Positions 1 to 13,532 of a stretch of DNA of 64,000 bases are shown here, piece after piece; position 1 is the first letter of the stretch, and each line of letters begins with the position of its first letter. The translations under genes were made by a program, and so were the position numbers. The stretch is from Escherichia coli (GTDB lineage: Bacteria; Pseudomonadota; Gammaproteobacteria; Enterobacterales; Enterobacteriaceae), in NCBI RefSeq assembly GCF_045037415.1, contig NZ_CP173438.1; one strand, given 5' to 3'. Under the pieces are notes generated by a model. It ran no database searches, was not told the origin of the DNA, and saw only the letters and a program-made list of their open reading frames with translations.

Positions 1-504
1 GTGATCGCCACGCGGGAAATCACTGCGCCCTACTCCGCCTTTGAAAATAACATCGCCAGAAATGAGCAGCCTTGCCTGCTCATTAAAAAACACCACATGA
101 CCCGGCGTATGCCCGGGGCAATGTAACACCTGTAAAGTCACATTCCCTATGCTGATGGTATCGCCTTCGTTCAGCCAACGATCTGGCGTCAGCGGCTGGC
201 ACTCTTCCAGACCAAACATACGACTTTGCGCAGGCAAGCCTTGCAGCCAGAACTCATCTTCTTTTTCCGGGCCAAAAACCGGCACGCCGTAATGTTGCGC
301 CAGTTCCGCCGCTGCGCCAACGTGGTCCAGATGACCATGAGTCAGCAGGATCTGCATCAGTGTCAGGCCGCTGGCATCAACTTCCTGTTTGATTTTTTCC
401 GCATCGCCGCCAGGATCGACCAGTGCGGCCAGACGGGTTTGTTCACACCAGATCAATGAACAGTTCTGGGAGAATGCGGTGACCGGAATAATACGATAGT
501 TCAT
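1..504 (-). CDS. gloC: Hydroxyacylglutathione hydrolase GloC (YcbL), 3' end truncated by window edge
   Basis: Reverse-complement translation from ATG at 502-504 gives [61 protein letters not shown] (metallo-beta-lactamase fold THGHLDH motif); conserved position next to ycbK. Not in ORF track because it runs off the window. Confidence 0.7.
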   Translation of the reverse strand, partial: MNYRIIPVTAFSQNCSLIWCEQTRLAALVDPGGDAEKIKQEVDASGLTLMQILLTHGHLDHVGAAAELAQHYGVPVFGPEKEDEFWLQGLPAQSRMFGLEECQPLTPDRWLNEGDTISIGNVTLQVLHCPGHTPGHVVFFNEQARLLISGDVIFKGGVGRSDFPRGDH

Positions 505-530
505 ACTGCCCCTGTTTCGTTAAGCGATTA

Positions 531-1079
531 CTACCAGTGCCGTGCTGGCCCGGTATCAATATGCACAAAGTTACTACGTGGGTAATATCCTACACCACCT
601 GCGCGCATAGATAACGCGGCTTTGCGAATATTGCTTAACGCGATACCTTCAATGTGGAAATCCATCGCCTGGCCTTTGGTGTGATAGCTTTTCTTCGCTA
701 CTCCACGGCTGCGGGCGCGTAGTTCATTGTTGGTATCAATGGAACGATAACCGGAAATGAGTTGCACCGGTTTGCGGGTGCCTAACAACCCTTGCAGGCG
801 ATACAACTGGTCGAATAATCCTGGGTCGATGGACTTTATTTTGTTCGCGCGGTAATCGCGGAAAAAATGGTTAAGTTTTGCCAATTCTTCCTGAATATAG
901 CCTCTGCCATCGAAAAACTCCGCTTTGATTGACTCTCCGGTATGAAGATTATTGAGTGTCAAAATGCGCGGGCGTGGGGTAGAGAGTGTTGCAAACGCCG
1001 GGGTCGGCAGGATGGCGGCACCGAGTGCAACGCCACCAAGCGCCAGCAGTTTGCGGCGATTAGCGTCGAATTTGTCCAT
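531..1079 (-). CDS. mepK: Murein endopeptidase MepK (YcbK), Tat-signal periplasmic peptidase
   Basis: ORF 531..1088; twin-arginine-like signal MDKFDANRRKLLALGGVALGAAILPTPAFA; start set at Met4; identity by recall of YcbK and synteny. Confidence 0.7.
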   Translation of the reverse strand: MDKFDANRRKLLALGGVALGAAILPTPAFATLSTPRPRILTLNNLHTGESIKAEFFDGRGYIQEELAKLNHFFRDYRANKIKSIDPGLFDQLYRLQGLLGTRKPVQLISGYRSIDTNNELRARSRGVAKKSYHTKGQAMDFHIEGIALSNIRKAALSMRAGGVGYYPRSNFVHIDTGPARHW

Positions 1080-1259
1080 GATAATCAAGTCTACAGGTCA
1101 ATGTTATCGTTTATATGCACTTCTGGCGCACAAGAGGCACCTTAACCGCCCGTAAAGAAGACGTCAAGATGACTCAACCCCAGCAGTGACGGGGGCTGCA
1201 GAGAATCGCCCCCGATCATGCTAATTATTACGACAACTGATTTCCCCGAACTGCTTCAT

Positions 1260-3107
1260 TTACCTGATTAATTGTTCCGCTTTCGATACAATTTGCGAGC
1301 TGGATCGCGCAGGCAGATCATAATTGTAAATATCTGTACGATACTGGGTACGACCATCAGCACCAACAAAGGCCGTCAGATAGTAGAGATTCACCGGAAT
1401 CGACTGCCGAATATTGACGTAACGCGTATCGCCCTGCTTCAGCGCATCAGAAATACGTTTGTCATTCCATCCTGCATCCTGCAACAGCATATTCGCCAGA
1501 TCGGAAGCTTTATTCACTCGTACACAGCCTGAGCTCAATGCGCGTGTATCACGTTTGAACAGATTGTGGTTCGGCGTGTCATGCAAATAAATGGCCTCTG
1601 AACTCGGCATATTGAATTTATAGCGCCCCAGCGAGTTCCGTGGGCCTGGAGCCTGCTGGAAACGGAACGGTAAATTCGAGGCCGTGATTGTAGACCAGTC
1701 AACCTGCCATGGGTCAATCGCTTCTCTGCTGTTCCAGCCGCGCATCACCGTATAGCCATGGCTTTCGAGATATCCCGGATCGTTGCGCACTTTCGGCAGA
1801 ATATCTTTGCGTGCCAGAGTTGGTGGTACGTTCCACGGCGGGTTTACCACTACGTTGTTAAGTGCACTGCTCATCATCGGCGTTTTGCGATCGGGGCGAC
1901 CGACAATGACTCGCGAATCCAGCACCTGATTGCCGTTCTGATAGTAGACCAGCGAATAGGCTGGAATGTTAACCATGATCCCGGTAGAAAGCTCTGTTGG
2001 CAGCAAGCGCAATCGCTGGATGTTGAGTGCCAACACGCCAGCACGCTGGGCGGGCGTTACGTTTAACCAGTCACGCGTTGCCGGGCCAATAGCACCATCT
2101 GCTCCCAATCCTTGCCATGCCTGAAAACGTTTAACGGCTTCCACCAGTTCATTATCGTAGGCGGCGCGAACGGCAGGCGCAGGTTTACTACGAGACGTAG
2201 TTTGTTTGTCCATCAGCTTAGTTTCTGCTGTTTCAACAGTAACAGCCGATGGGCTGACTACCGCGTCAGTTGGCGTGTCATCGCCAGGTAGCGTAATTTT
2301 CGGTCCCCCGTCCAACATGCCTGTACGTTGCAATATTTCGCGCAACGCCGGTACGTCGTTACTCCACTGTCCTGGGCGCAACGTTGCTTTACCGGTCAGT
2401 TGAGGCCACGGTTTGGTGTCACTGAGTAAGGCCAGTAACGATTCATGCATCGCCGCATATTGCGGATGCTGCGGTGCCAGTCCTGCAACAAACGTCGGCA
2501 ATTGACCTTTATCCAGCGCCAGCTGCCATTGGTTAATCACCGAAAGCGGCGGCGTTGCAAGCGCATAAGGTTTACTGCTATATAGCCAGCGAGTGCCTTT
2601 GACCGGAATATTTGCAATGAAATGGAGATAGCCCATCATCGCATCAGAGAGCACCACGTCGCGTGCCATCCCGTTAACACCAGGATCGGTCAGTAACTCT
2701 ACCCATTTATTAAACTGCGGCTGGAAACCGGCAATCGCCACCTCTGCCAGCTGTTGCTGGAAGGCTTTAACAGCATCACGGTTTTCCCACATGGGTTGCA
2801 TATCGCGTGCGGCATACAACAATTGAAGCTGGTTAAGATAAACCGGCTTATAACCTGCGGGTAATTGAGATTCGATTTGCGTGCGGGCTTTTTCAGCCGC
2901 ACCTTCAGGCAATGGCTGGATCCCCGCCATTATTGCCGTGGCTTGCGCCTGCGGCAGTGCCTCGCCCTGTTCACTGACAGCCACCGGGCTGTCGCCAGGG
3001 ATTACTTCAGGCTCATCGGCCTGCGCATTGAACAGTGGAGCGAATGTTACGGCCAGGCACAAACTGATTGCCGACAGCCGACGACCACACATCATATTAA
3101 GCAACAT
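1260..3107 (-). CDS. ldtD: L,D-transpeptidase LdtD (YcbB)
   Basis: 615 aa; N-terminal signal peptide; C-terminal YkuD-type catalytic motif [11 protein letters not shown]...SSGCVRV; synteny upstream of mukB. Confidence 0.8.
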   Translation of the reverse strand: MLLNMMCGRRLSAISLCLAVTFAPLFNAQADEPEVIPGDSPVAVSEQGEALPQAQATAIMAGIQPLPEGAAEKARTQIESQLPAGYKPVYLNQLQLLYAARDMQPMWENRDAVKAFQQQLAEVAIAGFQPQFNKWVELLTDPGVNGMARDVVLSDAMMGYLHFIANIPVKGTRWLYSSKPYALATPPLSVINQWQLALDKGQLPTFVAGLAPQHPQYAAMHESLLALLSDTKPWPQLTGKATLRPGQWSNDVPALREILQRTGMLDGGPKITLPGDDTPTDAVVSPSAVTVETAETKLMDKQTTSRSKPAPAVRAAYDNELVEAVKRFQAWQGLGADGAIGPATRDWLNVTPAQRAGVLALNIQRLRLLPTELSTGIMVNIPAYSLVYYQNGNQVLDSRVIVGRPDRKTPMMSSALNNVVVNPPWNVPPTLARKDILPKVRNDPGYLESHGYTVMRGWNSREAIDPWQVDWSTITASNLPFRFQQAPGPRNSLGRYKFNMPSSEAIYLHDTPNHNLFKRDTRALSSGCVRVNKASDLANMLLQDAGWNDKRISDALKQGDTRYVNIRQSIPVNLYYLTAFVGADGRTQYRTDIYNYDLPARSSSQIVSKAEQLIR

Positions 3108-3330
3108 CCCTTGCCCCCTGTTTTTATCATACTCTGAATAGCCAGGCTGTTATTTTACGACTTGCCTGTACAACGCCAATACTCACGAAAGTATGACGAG
3201 CAAGCCTGTTACTCATCAGGCTTATCTTCAGTATATAAACGCCGATACGTTTTTACATAACCTAATGTAAAGAAGTTTAAAGAAAAGCGCGCCGTAATGT
3301 GCCACTTTTTTAGTGCAGAAACGGAGTTTT

Positions 3331-3361
3331 CGGAAAAAGAAAAGGCGGCATTGCTGCCGCC
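3331..3361 (-). terminator. Rho-independent terminator downstream of mukB
   Basis: Hairpin ggcggca-ttgc-tgccgcc (3344..3361) followed on minus strand by a U-run (complement of aaaaagaaaa at 3331..3343), 7 nt after the mukB stop. Confidence 0.55.
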
Positions 3362-3367
3362 TTAATT

Positions 3368-6300
3368 TTAACTCGCCTGAGAAGGCGCTTCGTCACTTCC
3401 TGGAAGCGTTTCAGGGAGTTGAGGCGCAAATCCTCGCAGGCCGACGACGTGAACGTGTTCGGTATTCTGGAAGACTTTACGTACCAGTTTATAGGTGGTG
3501 CCTTTCTCCGGGCTGATATTTTCCGGCGCTGCGATAATGAGCTGCATTTGCAAACGTTCACACAATTCAAACAGCGTGGCGATGGAACGGGCGTCCAGTC
3601 GCGCTGCTTCATCGAGGAACAGCAGGCGGCAAGGAGAGATATCTTTACCGCGCAGGCGGCGAGATTCATCTTCCCAGCTTTGTACCACCATCACCAGAAT
3701 CGACATACCGGTACCAATCGCCTCACCGGTCGACAATGCACCAGACTCTGCACGCAACCAGCCATCGGAACCACGGTTAACCTCAACTTCCATTTCCAGA
3801 TAGTTGCGGTAATCCAGCAGTTCTTCACCGATGGTCTGCGGCGTGCGCTGCCCCATATCAATCTGCGGGTTAAGACGTTGATACAGTTTCGCCAGCGCTT
3901 CTGAGAAGGTCAGGCGGTTGCTGTTAAACAGATCCTGATGCTGCTCGTGCTGTTCAGAGAGCACATCCAGCAGCATGGCGTGCGTTTCACGTACGTTCAC
4001 GTTCAGACGTACGCTGTTCACCTGGCCAAACGATACGTTCTGCAACCCCTGGTTGAGCATACGGATACGGTTCTGCTCGCGCTGAATGGTTTTGCGAATG
4101 ATGTTCGCCACGCTGCGGGAACTGATCGCCAGTTTCTGTTCACGAGAGGTTAATTCTTCGGTCAGACGGCTAAGCTCGATCTCCATCTGTTCGATAGCTT
4201 CCACCGGATCATCGGTACGAATAATATCCTGACGAATACGTTCACGCAGATGCTGATAAACCGCCACGAAGAACTGAATTTTACGTTCCGGACGTTTTGG
4301 ATCTTCCGACATCCGCAGCACGTCGCGCAGATGTTCGTTATCCGCCACCGCCAGACGCAGCGCACCTAACGCCTTATCCGACATGGAGCGCAAATCATCA
4401 GCGGAGAGATAAGCCAGCTCACGACGGTGTAAGCGACGCTCAACGCCATTATCTTTCACCATGCGCATCACCGCACACCAGCCCGCTTTGGCGGTCACTA
4501 CCTGCTCGCGCATCTCAAAGTAATCCCGCTCCAGCTTGCGCAGTTTACGGGTCAGGTTGTCCATCTCCGCTTCGCAGAAGGTAAGCGCTTTTTCCAGTTG
4601 ATTGCGTCGTGAACGGTTATTGCTCAGTTGCGCGTGCAACTCGTCACGGCGAATACGTGCCCGCTCTTCTGCCCCGCTATCAGCACGCACGCCGATATCC
4701 TGCAATTCACGTTGCAGATCGTTAAGTAGCTCTTTTTTGGTGTCATACGAACTTTTCAGCGAAGCCAGCACCTGGTTGTACTGATTCAACTGCGCTGCGT
4801 GTCCGCGCAACGCTTCACGAGCGCGGGTACGCTCCGCTTCCGCCTGTTCCAGACGTTCACGCAGTTTTTCGTTGAGATCGCTGTTACCGCTAAGCATTTC
4901 TGCCGAGTCAGAGTAGCTAAAGTGCGCACGACGCTGCACCACTTCCGTCAGGGCAAACGCCTGCTGACGGGCATCGCGCTGCATCTGCTGAGAGTACGCG
5001 TAATCTTCTTTTAATTGTTCGAACTGTTCCGGGTCGCTCTGCAATACCGAAACGATCGGCTCCAGTTTCGCCAGTTGATTGCCAAACTGCTGAACAAAAC
5101 GCGCGGCTTCCTGGGCTTCATCCAGACGTTCGCGGATTTCATCGACGCGATCCGCCAGGCTGTCATCAGCCAACAGGTTGAGACGCGGCAGAATGCGGTT
5201 CAGCGCCGTAACGCCCTCTTTCGCCTGCTCAAACTGAATACGCTGCTGCTGGTTATCATTTTCATGATTACTCAACGCCCGTTCCAGTTCGACGCGACGG
5301 CTGTTCAGTTGACGGATTTCTGCTTCCGGGTCAGACTCAAACGCCACCGCCAGATGACTGCCGATAAAGCGGCTGAACGCCTGATGCAGACGCTGGGTTT
5401 TCTGTACATCAAAGGAAAGCGTGGCGAAGCGTTCGGAAAGCACTTCCCGCTCGGCATGGAGGCTTTCAATACGGCTTTCACGCGCAGCACGACCAAACAG
5501 CGGCACTTCCGGGAAACGTGAATAACGCCACTGACGATCGGCGATTTTCACCACCACCGCTTTTTCCAGCTCATCAACGCTGAACACGCTGTCATCGAAT
5601 GACTGCGGATCCCCTTCGATCAAATAGAGATCTTCCGGGCAATCGGTCAAGCCTTCCAGGTGTTCGGTTACCTGTGACAGATCTGGCACCACGATGGCGT
5701 GGCGTGACGGGCCATACAGTGCTGAGAAGTACGGCGCATCTTCCAGGCTAACGTCGTCATAAATTTCTGACAGCAGCACACCACCAAAACGCTCCGCCAG
5801 CGCGTTCAGACGCTGATCTTCAGAACCACCTGGCTGGCTTAAACGTTCGATCTCTTCATCGACGGCGTTTTTGCGCGCGCCTACTTCATCGCGTTCAACA
5901 ATTGCCTCGCGCTCACGCTCCAGCAACTGTTGCAGAAATTCGGTGACATCCTGGCTGGAGGTGAACTCTTCGCCGCACTGTTCGCTCAACTGGTTGAGAC
6001 TGTTTTGCGCTGCCAGCCAAACCGGCGCACGCTGCATCAAACTCTGAATGCGAGACTGCAGCTGTTCCTGCTCCTGGCGCAGTGCCATCCGCTCTTCTCG
6101 GGCGTTAGAGACGCTATCGGAAAGAGAGGCAATGCGTGCTTCCAGCTCCTGATGCAGAGCTTCCAGTTCATCAATATCAAAATTCTTGCCCTGACGTTTG
6201 CAGAAATCTGCCAGCAGACGCTCAGCTTCTTGCTGCTCACGCAGACGCTGTTCCAGTTCGCTTAAGCGCATCCGCAACGGCTGAACCTGCTCTGCCAGGT

Positions 6301-7828
6301 GACGCTGATCGACCCCTTCGCGCAATAGTTCGCGAGCGACATCCCACGCCTCGTTACGCGCCAGCGGGCCGTTGATTGCCACCACCAGCTGATAAGCCTG
6401 CTCAAACTGGCTGTGCGCGGTTTGCGCCATGCTCATTTTCTGCTCAAGAGAGAGCATTTTTTCGGTCGCTTCCAGCTCTTTCGCCTGGAAGGTTTCCAGC
6501 CATTCGGCAGCGCTGTCGGCGGTTAAGTCCGGCAGATGGCACAGTTCTTTGGCACGATTAAGCGCAGCAATCGCCTGGTTATACTGGATCGCGCGCGTTT
6601 GCTGGACGTCCAGCGCCTGCTGGTAGTCAGCAAGCTGGCTTTTCAGCTCGTCCACTTCCAGTTCGGCAGCTTCCGCACGAGCCTCGTTCTCTTCCTGGCG
6701 TTCGATGGCTTCTGCCACCACTTCGTTTTGCTCTTCCAGACGGATCTGCAGCTCATCGAGATCCGCTTCGTAGCGTTCGATCTTCTCCTGCTGACGCAGT
6801 GCGGTTTGCACCAGGTTCAGGTGATCGCTGGCCGCCTGATAATCCGCTTCCAGATCGCCTTCGGCACCGTTGTGCTCAGCCAGCTCTCGCGCCATGTCGA
6901 CGTGTTTGTACTGCTCAGCCGCCAGTTGCTGACGCGAAGTATGTAGCTCGCGACGAAACTCCAGGGCCTTATCGAGATGAACACGGCGCTCGTTGGCGTG
7001 ACGCATGTAGTCCGCCGCCACGTAGTTGGTGGCTTCGCTGATCAGATGCTTAAACAGGTCACGGTCCGACTGGGTGACACGAATCGCTTCCAGCGTCATG
7101 CGGTTTTCACGCAGCGCCGCTTCCATGTCCTGGAACGCTTTCCACACCCCACTGTTTTCCGGCAACAGGTAGTCGCGCAGAGAACGAGTAATGGCGCTGG
7201 AGATCCCGCCATACAGCGAGGCTTCGATCAGACGATAGAATTTACTACGGTCAGACGCTGAGCGCAGACGACGCGCGATGATGCCCAGATCGAACATCAG
7301 CGAGTGGTAATCGGTAATGGAGTTGAACTGTTTAAACTGCACGCCTTCCATCGCCTCGAGCTTGTCTTTCAGCTCGTTAAGCGGCAGCACGCGCGCCTGG
7401 CGTTCGTTCAGAGTTTCGGTCACCAGTTGTGTCGGCTGCACCGACATCGGCAGTCCCTGAATGGCAAACGGCTTGATATCCACTTTACGATCGCGTCCGG
7501 CAACCTGTTGCAGACGCACACCGACCACCACGCGCTGGTGACGCGAGTTAATGGTGTCGAGCATCGAATAACAGACACCCGCTTTCAGCTTACCGTGCAG
7601 ACCTTTATCGCGCGAACCGCTGGTGGCCCCGGCTTCCGTAGTGTTACGGAAATGCAGCAGGGTCAGATCGGGGATAAGCGCCGTAACGAACGCCGCCATG
7701 GTGGTGGATTTACCCGCCCCGTTACCGCCAGAAAGCGTCGTGACCAGCTCGTCAAGGTCAAAAGTTCGGGCAAAAAAGCCGTTCCAGTTAATCAGCGTCA
7801 GTGAGCGAAATTTACCGCGTTCAATCAT
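3368..7828 (-). CDS. mukB: Chromosome partition protein MukB (SMC-like condensin)
   Basis: 1486 aa; N-terminal Walker [10 protein letters not shown]; very long coiled-coil; mukF-mukE-mukB order. Confidence 0.95.
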   Translation of the reverse strand: MIERGKFRSLTLINWNGFFARTFDLDELVTTLSGGNGAGKSTTMAAFVTALIPDLTLLHFRNTTEAGATSGSRDKGLHGKLKAGVCYSMLDTINSRHQRVVVGVRLQQVAGRDRKVDIKPFAIQGLPMSVQPTQLVTETLNERQARVLPLNELKDKLEAMEGVQFKQFNSITDYHSLMFDLGIIARRLRSASDRSKFYRLIEASLYGGISSAITRSLRDYLLPENSGVWKAFQDMEAALRENRMTLEAIRVTQSDRDLFKHLISEATNYVAADYMRHANERRVHLDKALEFRRELHTSRQQLAAEQYKHVDMARELAEHNGAEGDLEADYQAASDHLNLVQTALRQQEKIERYEADLDELQIRLEEQNEVVAEAIERQEENEARAEAAELEVDELKSQLADYQQALDVQQTRAIQYNQAIAALNRAKELCHLPDLTADSAAEWLETFQAKELEATEKMLSLEQKMSMAQTAHSQFEQAYQLVVAINGPLARNEAWDVARELLREGVDQRHLAEQVQPLRMRLSELEQRLREQQEAERLLADFCKRQGKNFDIDELEALHQELEARIASLSDSVSNAREERMALRQEQEQLQSRIQSLMQRAPVWLAAQNSLNQLSEQCGEEFTSSQDVTEFLQQLLEREREAIVERDEVGARKNAVDEEIERLSQPGGSEDQRLNALAERFGGVLLSEIYDDVSLEDAPYFSALYGPSRHAIVVPDLSQVTEHLEGLTDCPEDLYLIEGDPQSFDDSVFSVDELEKAVVVKIADRQWRYSRFPEVPLFGRAARESRIESLHAEREVLSERFATLSFDVQKTQRLHQAFSRFIGSHLAVAFESDPEAEIRQLNSRRVELERALSNHENDNQQQRIQFEQAKEGVTALNRILPRLNLLADDSLADRVDEIRERLDEAQEAARFVQQFGNQLAKLEPIVSVLQSDPEQFEQLKEDYAYSQQMQRDARQQAFALTEVVQRRAHFSYSDSAEMLSGNSDLNEKLRERLEQAEAERTRAREALRGHAAQLNQYNQVLASLKSSYDTKKELLNDLQRELQDIGVRADSGAEERARIRRDELHAQLSNNRSRRNQLEKALTFCEAEMDNLTRKLRKLERDYFEMREQVVTAKAGWCAVMRMVKDNGVERRLHRRELAYLSADDLRSMSDKALGALRLAVADNEHLRDVLRMSEDPKRPERKIQFFVAVYQHLRERIRQDIIRTDDPVEAIEQMEIELSRLTEELTSREQKLAISSRSVANIIRKTIQREQNRIRMLNQGLQNVSFGQVNSVRLNVNVRETHAMLLDVLSEQHEQHQDLFNSNRLTFSEALAKLYQRLNPQIDMGQRTPQTIGEELLDYRNYLEMEVEVNRGSDGWLRAESGALSTGEAIGTGMSILVMVVQSWEDESRRLRGKDISPCRLLFLDEAARLDARSIATLFELCERLQMQLIIAAPENISPEKGTTYKLVRKVFQNTEHVHVVGLRGFAPQLPETLPGSDEAPSQAS

Positions 7829-8532
7829 TATTCTTCCTCTCCGCTATCTGGCTGACTCTCTTCGGTTTCATCGTTGAGTTGCAGATGATTTTCAATCGGC
7901 ATTGCTTCACCATCACGAATCAGGCGACGCTGTGCTTCACGGGGATCGTCGCCAGCACGCACATCGGCGCCGAAGCGGAACACCGATTCGGTAATGCGGA
8001 ACTTGCTGCTGTCGTGGCCCATAAACCACACCATGCCTAAACGACGCAGACGGTTGAGCGAAGAACGTACTTTTTCCTGCAACTTCTGACGGTCAACGTC
8101 TGAACCGGTTGAACGGTTGTTCACCAGTTTCAGCAGTTTCGCTTCATCGGCCAGGGTGAGCAGTTCGTCGTACAGTTCCTGTTGAGTAAAAATCCCCTCA
8201 TTCGCCAGCCGTTCCGGGCTGAGATAGAGATAACAGAGGATTTTCCCGACCATCATATCCAGTTCCGACAAGACGGAACGAGGGATCAGCGTGGTGGAAC
8301 GTGGGCGTAGATAGAAGAACCCTTCCGGTGCACGAATAAGCTCAACGTTATAACGCGCGTAAAACTCTTCCAGATATTCCTGAAAATCCATCAGGAATGC
8401 ATGATTATCCAGTTCGTCGAGGCCAATATGGCGGCCTGAACGTAAGGCGCTATCCAGCGCCGGAAATAACGGATTCGCCAGCGCCTGCGCCAGCTTAACC
8501 GGCATCACTTGTTCAATATTTGTCGATGACAT
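7828..8532 (-). CDS. mukE: Chromosome partition protein MukE
   Basis: ORF 7828..8559; start likely at internal [16 protein letters not shown]; acidic C-terminus; located between mukF and mukB. Confidence 0.85.
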
Positions 8533-9835
8533 GCGCCTGTACCTTGGCTCCGTAATCATTAATCGGCTGCCATTTCGCTGGCAGTCCGGTGAAATCTGCT
8601 TGCGCTACGCCAAGACGTACCGCCTGATCAATAACAATGCGCGCAACGTCAAAGTGACGTGCACGCGGATACTGTGACAGATATTCGCGTACCACCAGAC
8701 CAAGATCCAACGGCACTTGTCTGGTTTTGTACACGGCAAGTTGTTCTTCGATGATCGCCGCCAGCTGTTCGCGGATCTCGTTAAACTCTTCGTACTCCAG
8801 ATCCTCAGGAAGTTCCCCAGTCACTTCTTCATCGCGCAGTACCATCTCTTCGTCACGCATATCCAGCAGACGATCGGCATTGGCATAAGTTAGCGCCCAC
8901 GGCTCATCAAAATAGGTTTGTACCGACTGACGTAACCGCTGAGCAAAGACGCGGTTTTTATCCATATCGATCGCAGTACGAATAAATTTGTGTACGTGGC
9001 GGTCGTAGCCAATCCACAAGTCGATGGATTGCTGGCCCCAACTGATAATACGGTCGAGTTTGCTCTGAAGATCGAACACCAGACGATCGACAAAATGCAG
9101 GTCGTCATGGGTCATCGTCGCATCCTGAATGCGTAACAGGTTGGCCTGCAATTTATCGCCTGCCGCTTCCAGCGTATCCTGCAATTCACGCAGCGTTCCG
9201 GAAGTTTCTGAAAGCAACAATTCACAGCTGGAAATCGCCGCCCGCCAGTCTTTGTTCAACAACTGGGCGATATCATCCTTCACCTGCTGCTGCTGTTCAT
9301 CCATCAGACGTTGCGTCAGGTCGATACTGTCGAAAATTTCTGCTACCGAATATTTCAGTGGCGCATAAACATTGCGGTGCCAGTGAAATTCATCACCGCC
9401 CTCTTCGGCGGCATCTGCTGCGCGTTTGAGCTCACCCGCCACAATCGACAATTGCATAGAAAGGCGCAGCGTAGAAAACTCGCGCTGACGAATGTAATAG
9501 TCAGTGATGCCGATGCCGAGCGGCGTCAGACGGTAAATTGCGTTCCCTTCCGCCTGCTCGCTGGTAAAGCGGTTCAGCAGACGTTGACGCACCATGTCGT
9601 TGATCGCGTTGTTGGCGCGCACGCCGATGGTTTCGCTGGTTTGCTCAAACGCATCACTCACATGGCGGAATGCATCCACCAGCTCGCCTTCACTCATCTC
9701 ACCATCCAGACGCTCGCCGTTCAGCGTGGCAACCGCCAGCAGAAAAGAGAGTCGGTCTACCGGCAGCGAGATGGAGAAGTCATTTTTTCTGGCCCAGGCA
9801 ACCAGTTCGGGGACTGTCTGGGAAAATTCACTCAT
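8513..9835 (-). CDS. mukF: Chromosome partition protein MukF (kleisin)
   Basis: 440 aa; N-terminal [22 protein letters not shown]; mukFEB operon context. Confidence 0.9.
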
Positions 9836-10617
9836 ACTTTATCCTTGCTCTGCGGTTTGCGCGCGGTGACATGAATATAACGCCCCAGGGTAATATACGG
9901 TTCCTGACGGCAATAACGCGTTTCTAATTCAAGTAATGCTTCATAGCAGTCGCGCTGCTGGTGCTTCTCACGCAGATAATCATGAAACACGCGAACGCCT
10001 GTCTTACCCAGAATTTGCCAACCAGCTTCTTCCAGCCACAGATAAACCTGCGCCGGGTCGCGTGGATAATCTGGCGAAAGCGTCCGTTTTTTCTTTTTCG
10101 GCATTCCCGCCTGCACGTAATCAAAATTCCCGGCGACCATGTTATGCATCAACAAACCATGCGCATTGTAGAACATTAACGACAACACGCCGCCTGGACG
10201 CAACACTGACCACAGGGTCTGTAATACGCTGCGGGGATCGGCCACCCACTCGAGCACCGCATGGAACAATATCAGATCAACGGGCGTTTCCAAATGCGAA
10301 GCAACATCCTGAGCGGCGCAATGTATAAATTGCATGTTGTCGCTCACACCTTTTGCTTCTGCCGCCTGTTTTGCGCGGTCGATCATCTGCGCAGAAAGAT
10401 CGCATAAAATGACCTGATGCCCGCGCTCGGCCATTTTGATTGCGGTCTGCCCTTCTCCACCGCCAGCATCCAGCACACGCAGTTTTTGCGGGCCTATTTC
10501 TGCCAGCACGCGATCGAGATCCTGCCACAGAATAGCCTGTCGAAGCTGCCCTTTGGTGGTGCCGTAAATGTTACGGGAAAACTTTTCCGCAATATCATCA
10601 AAATTGCGATCCTGCAT
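9832..10617 (-). CDS. cmoM: SAM-dependent methyltransferase CmoM (SmtA)
   Basis: ORF 9832..10629; class I methyltransferase motif VLDAGGGEG; directly upstream of mukF as in E. coli; start set at MQDRNFDD. Confidence 0.8.
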
Positions 10618-10752
10618 TGCTTTCTCCACCGGTTGGCTAAGACGTTTTCTGATAAAGACGCTATTTTGTCACAGCCACGGCGAGAATGAACCCGTCTGGT
10701 GTAATATCGCTGGCGATCCCTTGCTATATGGTTAAAAAAGGAACCAGAAAGG

Positions 10753-11532
10753 ATGCTTTTTACACTGAAAAAAGTGATTGGCAATATGTTGCTGCCACTT
10801 CCGCTAATGTTGTTGATTATTGGCGCTGGCCTGGCGCTGCTGTGGTTTAGCCGTTTTCAAAAAACCGGGAAGATTTTTATTAGCATTGGGTGGCTGGCGC
10901 TCTTGTTATTGAGTTTGCAACCGGTAGCCGACCGCCTGCTGCGTCCCATCGAAAGCACCTATCCGACATGGAATAATTCGCAAAAAGTGGACTATATCGT
11001 GGTGCTCGGAGGTGGTTATACCTGGAACCCGCAGTGGGCGCCGAGCTCTAATTTAATCAATAACAGTCTGCCACGCCTGAATGAAGGTATTCGCTTATGG
11101 CGCGAAAATCCGGGATCAAAACTGATCTTCACGGGAGGCGTAGCTAAAACCAATACGGTGAGCACAGCCGAAGTCGGTGCCAGAGTTGCGCAATCGCTGG
11201 GCGTGCCGCGCGAGCAAATTATCACCCTGGATTTGCCAAAAGATACCGAAGAAGAAGCTGCAGCAGTGAAACAGGCGATTGGTGACGCACCTTTCCTGCT
11301 GGTGACCTCCGCATCACATCTGCCGCGGGCGATGATCTTTTTTCAGCAGGAAGGGTTAAATCCGCTACCAGCCCCGGCGAATCAGTTGGCCATCGACTCG
11401 CCGCTTAATCCGTGGGAACGGGCAATCCCTTCTCCGGTTTGGTTGATGCATAGCGACCGCGTTGGCTATGAAACGCTTGGCCGGATCTGGCAGTGGCTGA
11501 AAGGTTCGTCAGGCGAGCCACGGCAAGAGTGA
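10753..11532 (+). CDS. elyC: Envelope biogenesis factor ElyC (YcbC), DUF218 membrane protein
   Basis: 259 aa; two N-terminal TM helices then YdcF/DUF218-like domain; synteny. Confidence 0.7.
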   Translation: MLFTLKKVIGNMLLPLPLMLLIIGAGLALLWFSRFQKTGKIFISIGWLALLLLSLQPVADRLLRPIESTYPTWNNSQKVDYIVVLGGGYTWNPQWAPSSNLINNSLPRLNEGIRLWRENPGSKLIFTGGVAKTNTVSTAEVGARVAQSLGVPREQIITLDLPKDTEEEAAAVKQAIGDAPFLLVTSASHLPRAMIFFQQEGLNPLPAPANQLAIDSPLNPWERAIPSPVWLMHSDRVGYETLGRIWQWLKGSSGEPRQE

Positions 11533-12402
11533 TTTTGATGCCAGATCGAAGTTACGCCGATTAAATCGTCCGGTGTTGACCAGTTGCGCAACTTCATCCC
11601 ATAACACATACAACCAACGCCGCCAGATGAACGACTCCGCCACTGGCGCGCGTTGCAGATAACTCCAGAGCAAATCTTCCGCCAGAGAATTATCCATTAG
11701 TCGGAACAGTTCGTATTCTCGCGGTGCCCAAAGCATTAGTCCCGGTCCGACCATCGCCAGTAACTGATCGCTGCGCGAATCTTTCAGCATGCTGCGTAAA
11801 CAGAAGTTACCGTGAATCAGTACACAATTGTCGTTAAAGCCTTCAAATAATGCCGGGAGACATTCGCGAGTGCGAAACAGGATCCGCTTATCCTGCATCG
11901 ATAGACCGGTGTTATTGAACTGATTGAGCGTGGTCCATAGCACTTCAACATGTTGCCGGTACCATGAGGGCCAGAAATTTTCCTGAGTATTGTCGACCGC
12001 GCCGACGCAACCACGACTGTCCTGACGGTGCCAGGCCAGTAAGGCTTCAACGATTTGGTCTTTGAGTTGTTCCCAGCGTTCTGGTGTTCGGGCTGGTGCC
12101 TCCACCGAAACACCACGCATTCGCTCCAGTAGCAGGACATCGGGGCCGGGGTGTTCTTCATGCGTCATCACACCATAAATAGTCGGCATACGGACAGTCC
12201 CACTTCTTGCCAGCATGGTGGTTTTCCATGCCAGTTGTCGGGCTTTTCCGGGCGTACTAAAGCTTCTTGCCATTAACGGCATTGGGTTTCCCTGGCTGTC
12301 ATACAAAGCCCACAACGCCGTATCCGCTTTTTCATTGACGCACTCAATACGACTGAGTTTTTCGCCCAGTAAATGGCTTAATTCGGCACGCAGCTGTTCC
12401 AT
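11509..12402 (-). CDS. ycbJ: Putative phosphotransferase YcbJ
   Basis: 297 aa; convergent with elyC; synteny with kdsB; identity by recall. Confidence 0.65.
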   Translation of the reverse strand: MEQLRAELSHLLGEKLSRIECVNEKADTALWALYDSQGNPMPLMARSFSTPGKARQLAWKTTMLARSGTVRMPTIYGVMTHEEHPGPDVLLLERMRGVSVEAPARTPERWEQLKDQIVEALLAWHRQDSRGCVGAVDNTQENFWPSWYRQHVEVLWTTLNQFNNTGLSMQDKRILFRTRECLPALFEGFNDNCVLIHGNFCLRSMLKDSRSDQLLAMVGPGLMLWAPREYELFRLMDNSLAEDLLWSYLQRAPVAESFIWRRWLYVLWDEVAQLVNTGRFNRRNFDLASKSLLPWLA

Positions 12403-12555
12403 TCAGATTACCCTCATAAAAGCTACTGCTTTCATAATGAGCGCCAATATAAAAGATGTCACCTGAATGAGATCAATTGTTGAAAAGAAAAATTGAGGAA
12501 AATCGTAACGGTACGACACTCCTCCCAAAATTGGCTGGAGTGTCGTGAAGTGAAA

Positions 12556-13481
<926 letters not shown>

Positions 13482-13532
13482 AGTTCCTCCAGATGGATCG
13501 GGTTATGAATGCATAAATCTTATCATAATCAT

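Noticed and set aside
226-459. 77-aa plus-strand ORF
   Set aside because: Lies antisense within the gloC coding region, whose minus-strand translation gives a continuous conserved protein.
3419-7804. Numerous plus-strand ORFs of 60-170 aa overlapping mukB
   Set aside because: Antisense to a long, well-supported gene; typical spurious ORFs of GC-rich coding sequence. The same applies to antisense ORFs over rpsA, msbA, ycaI, the terminase/portal genes and the tape measure gene.
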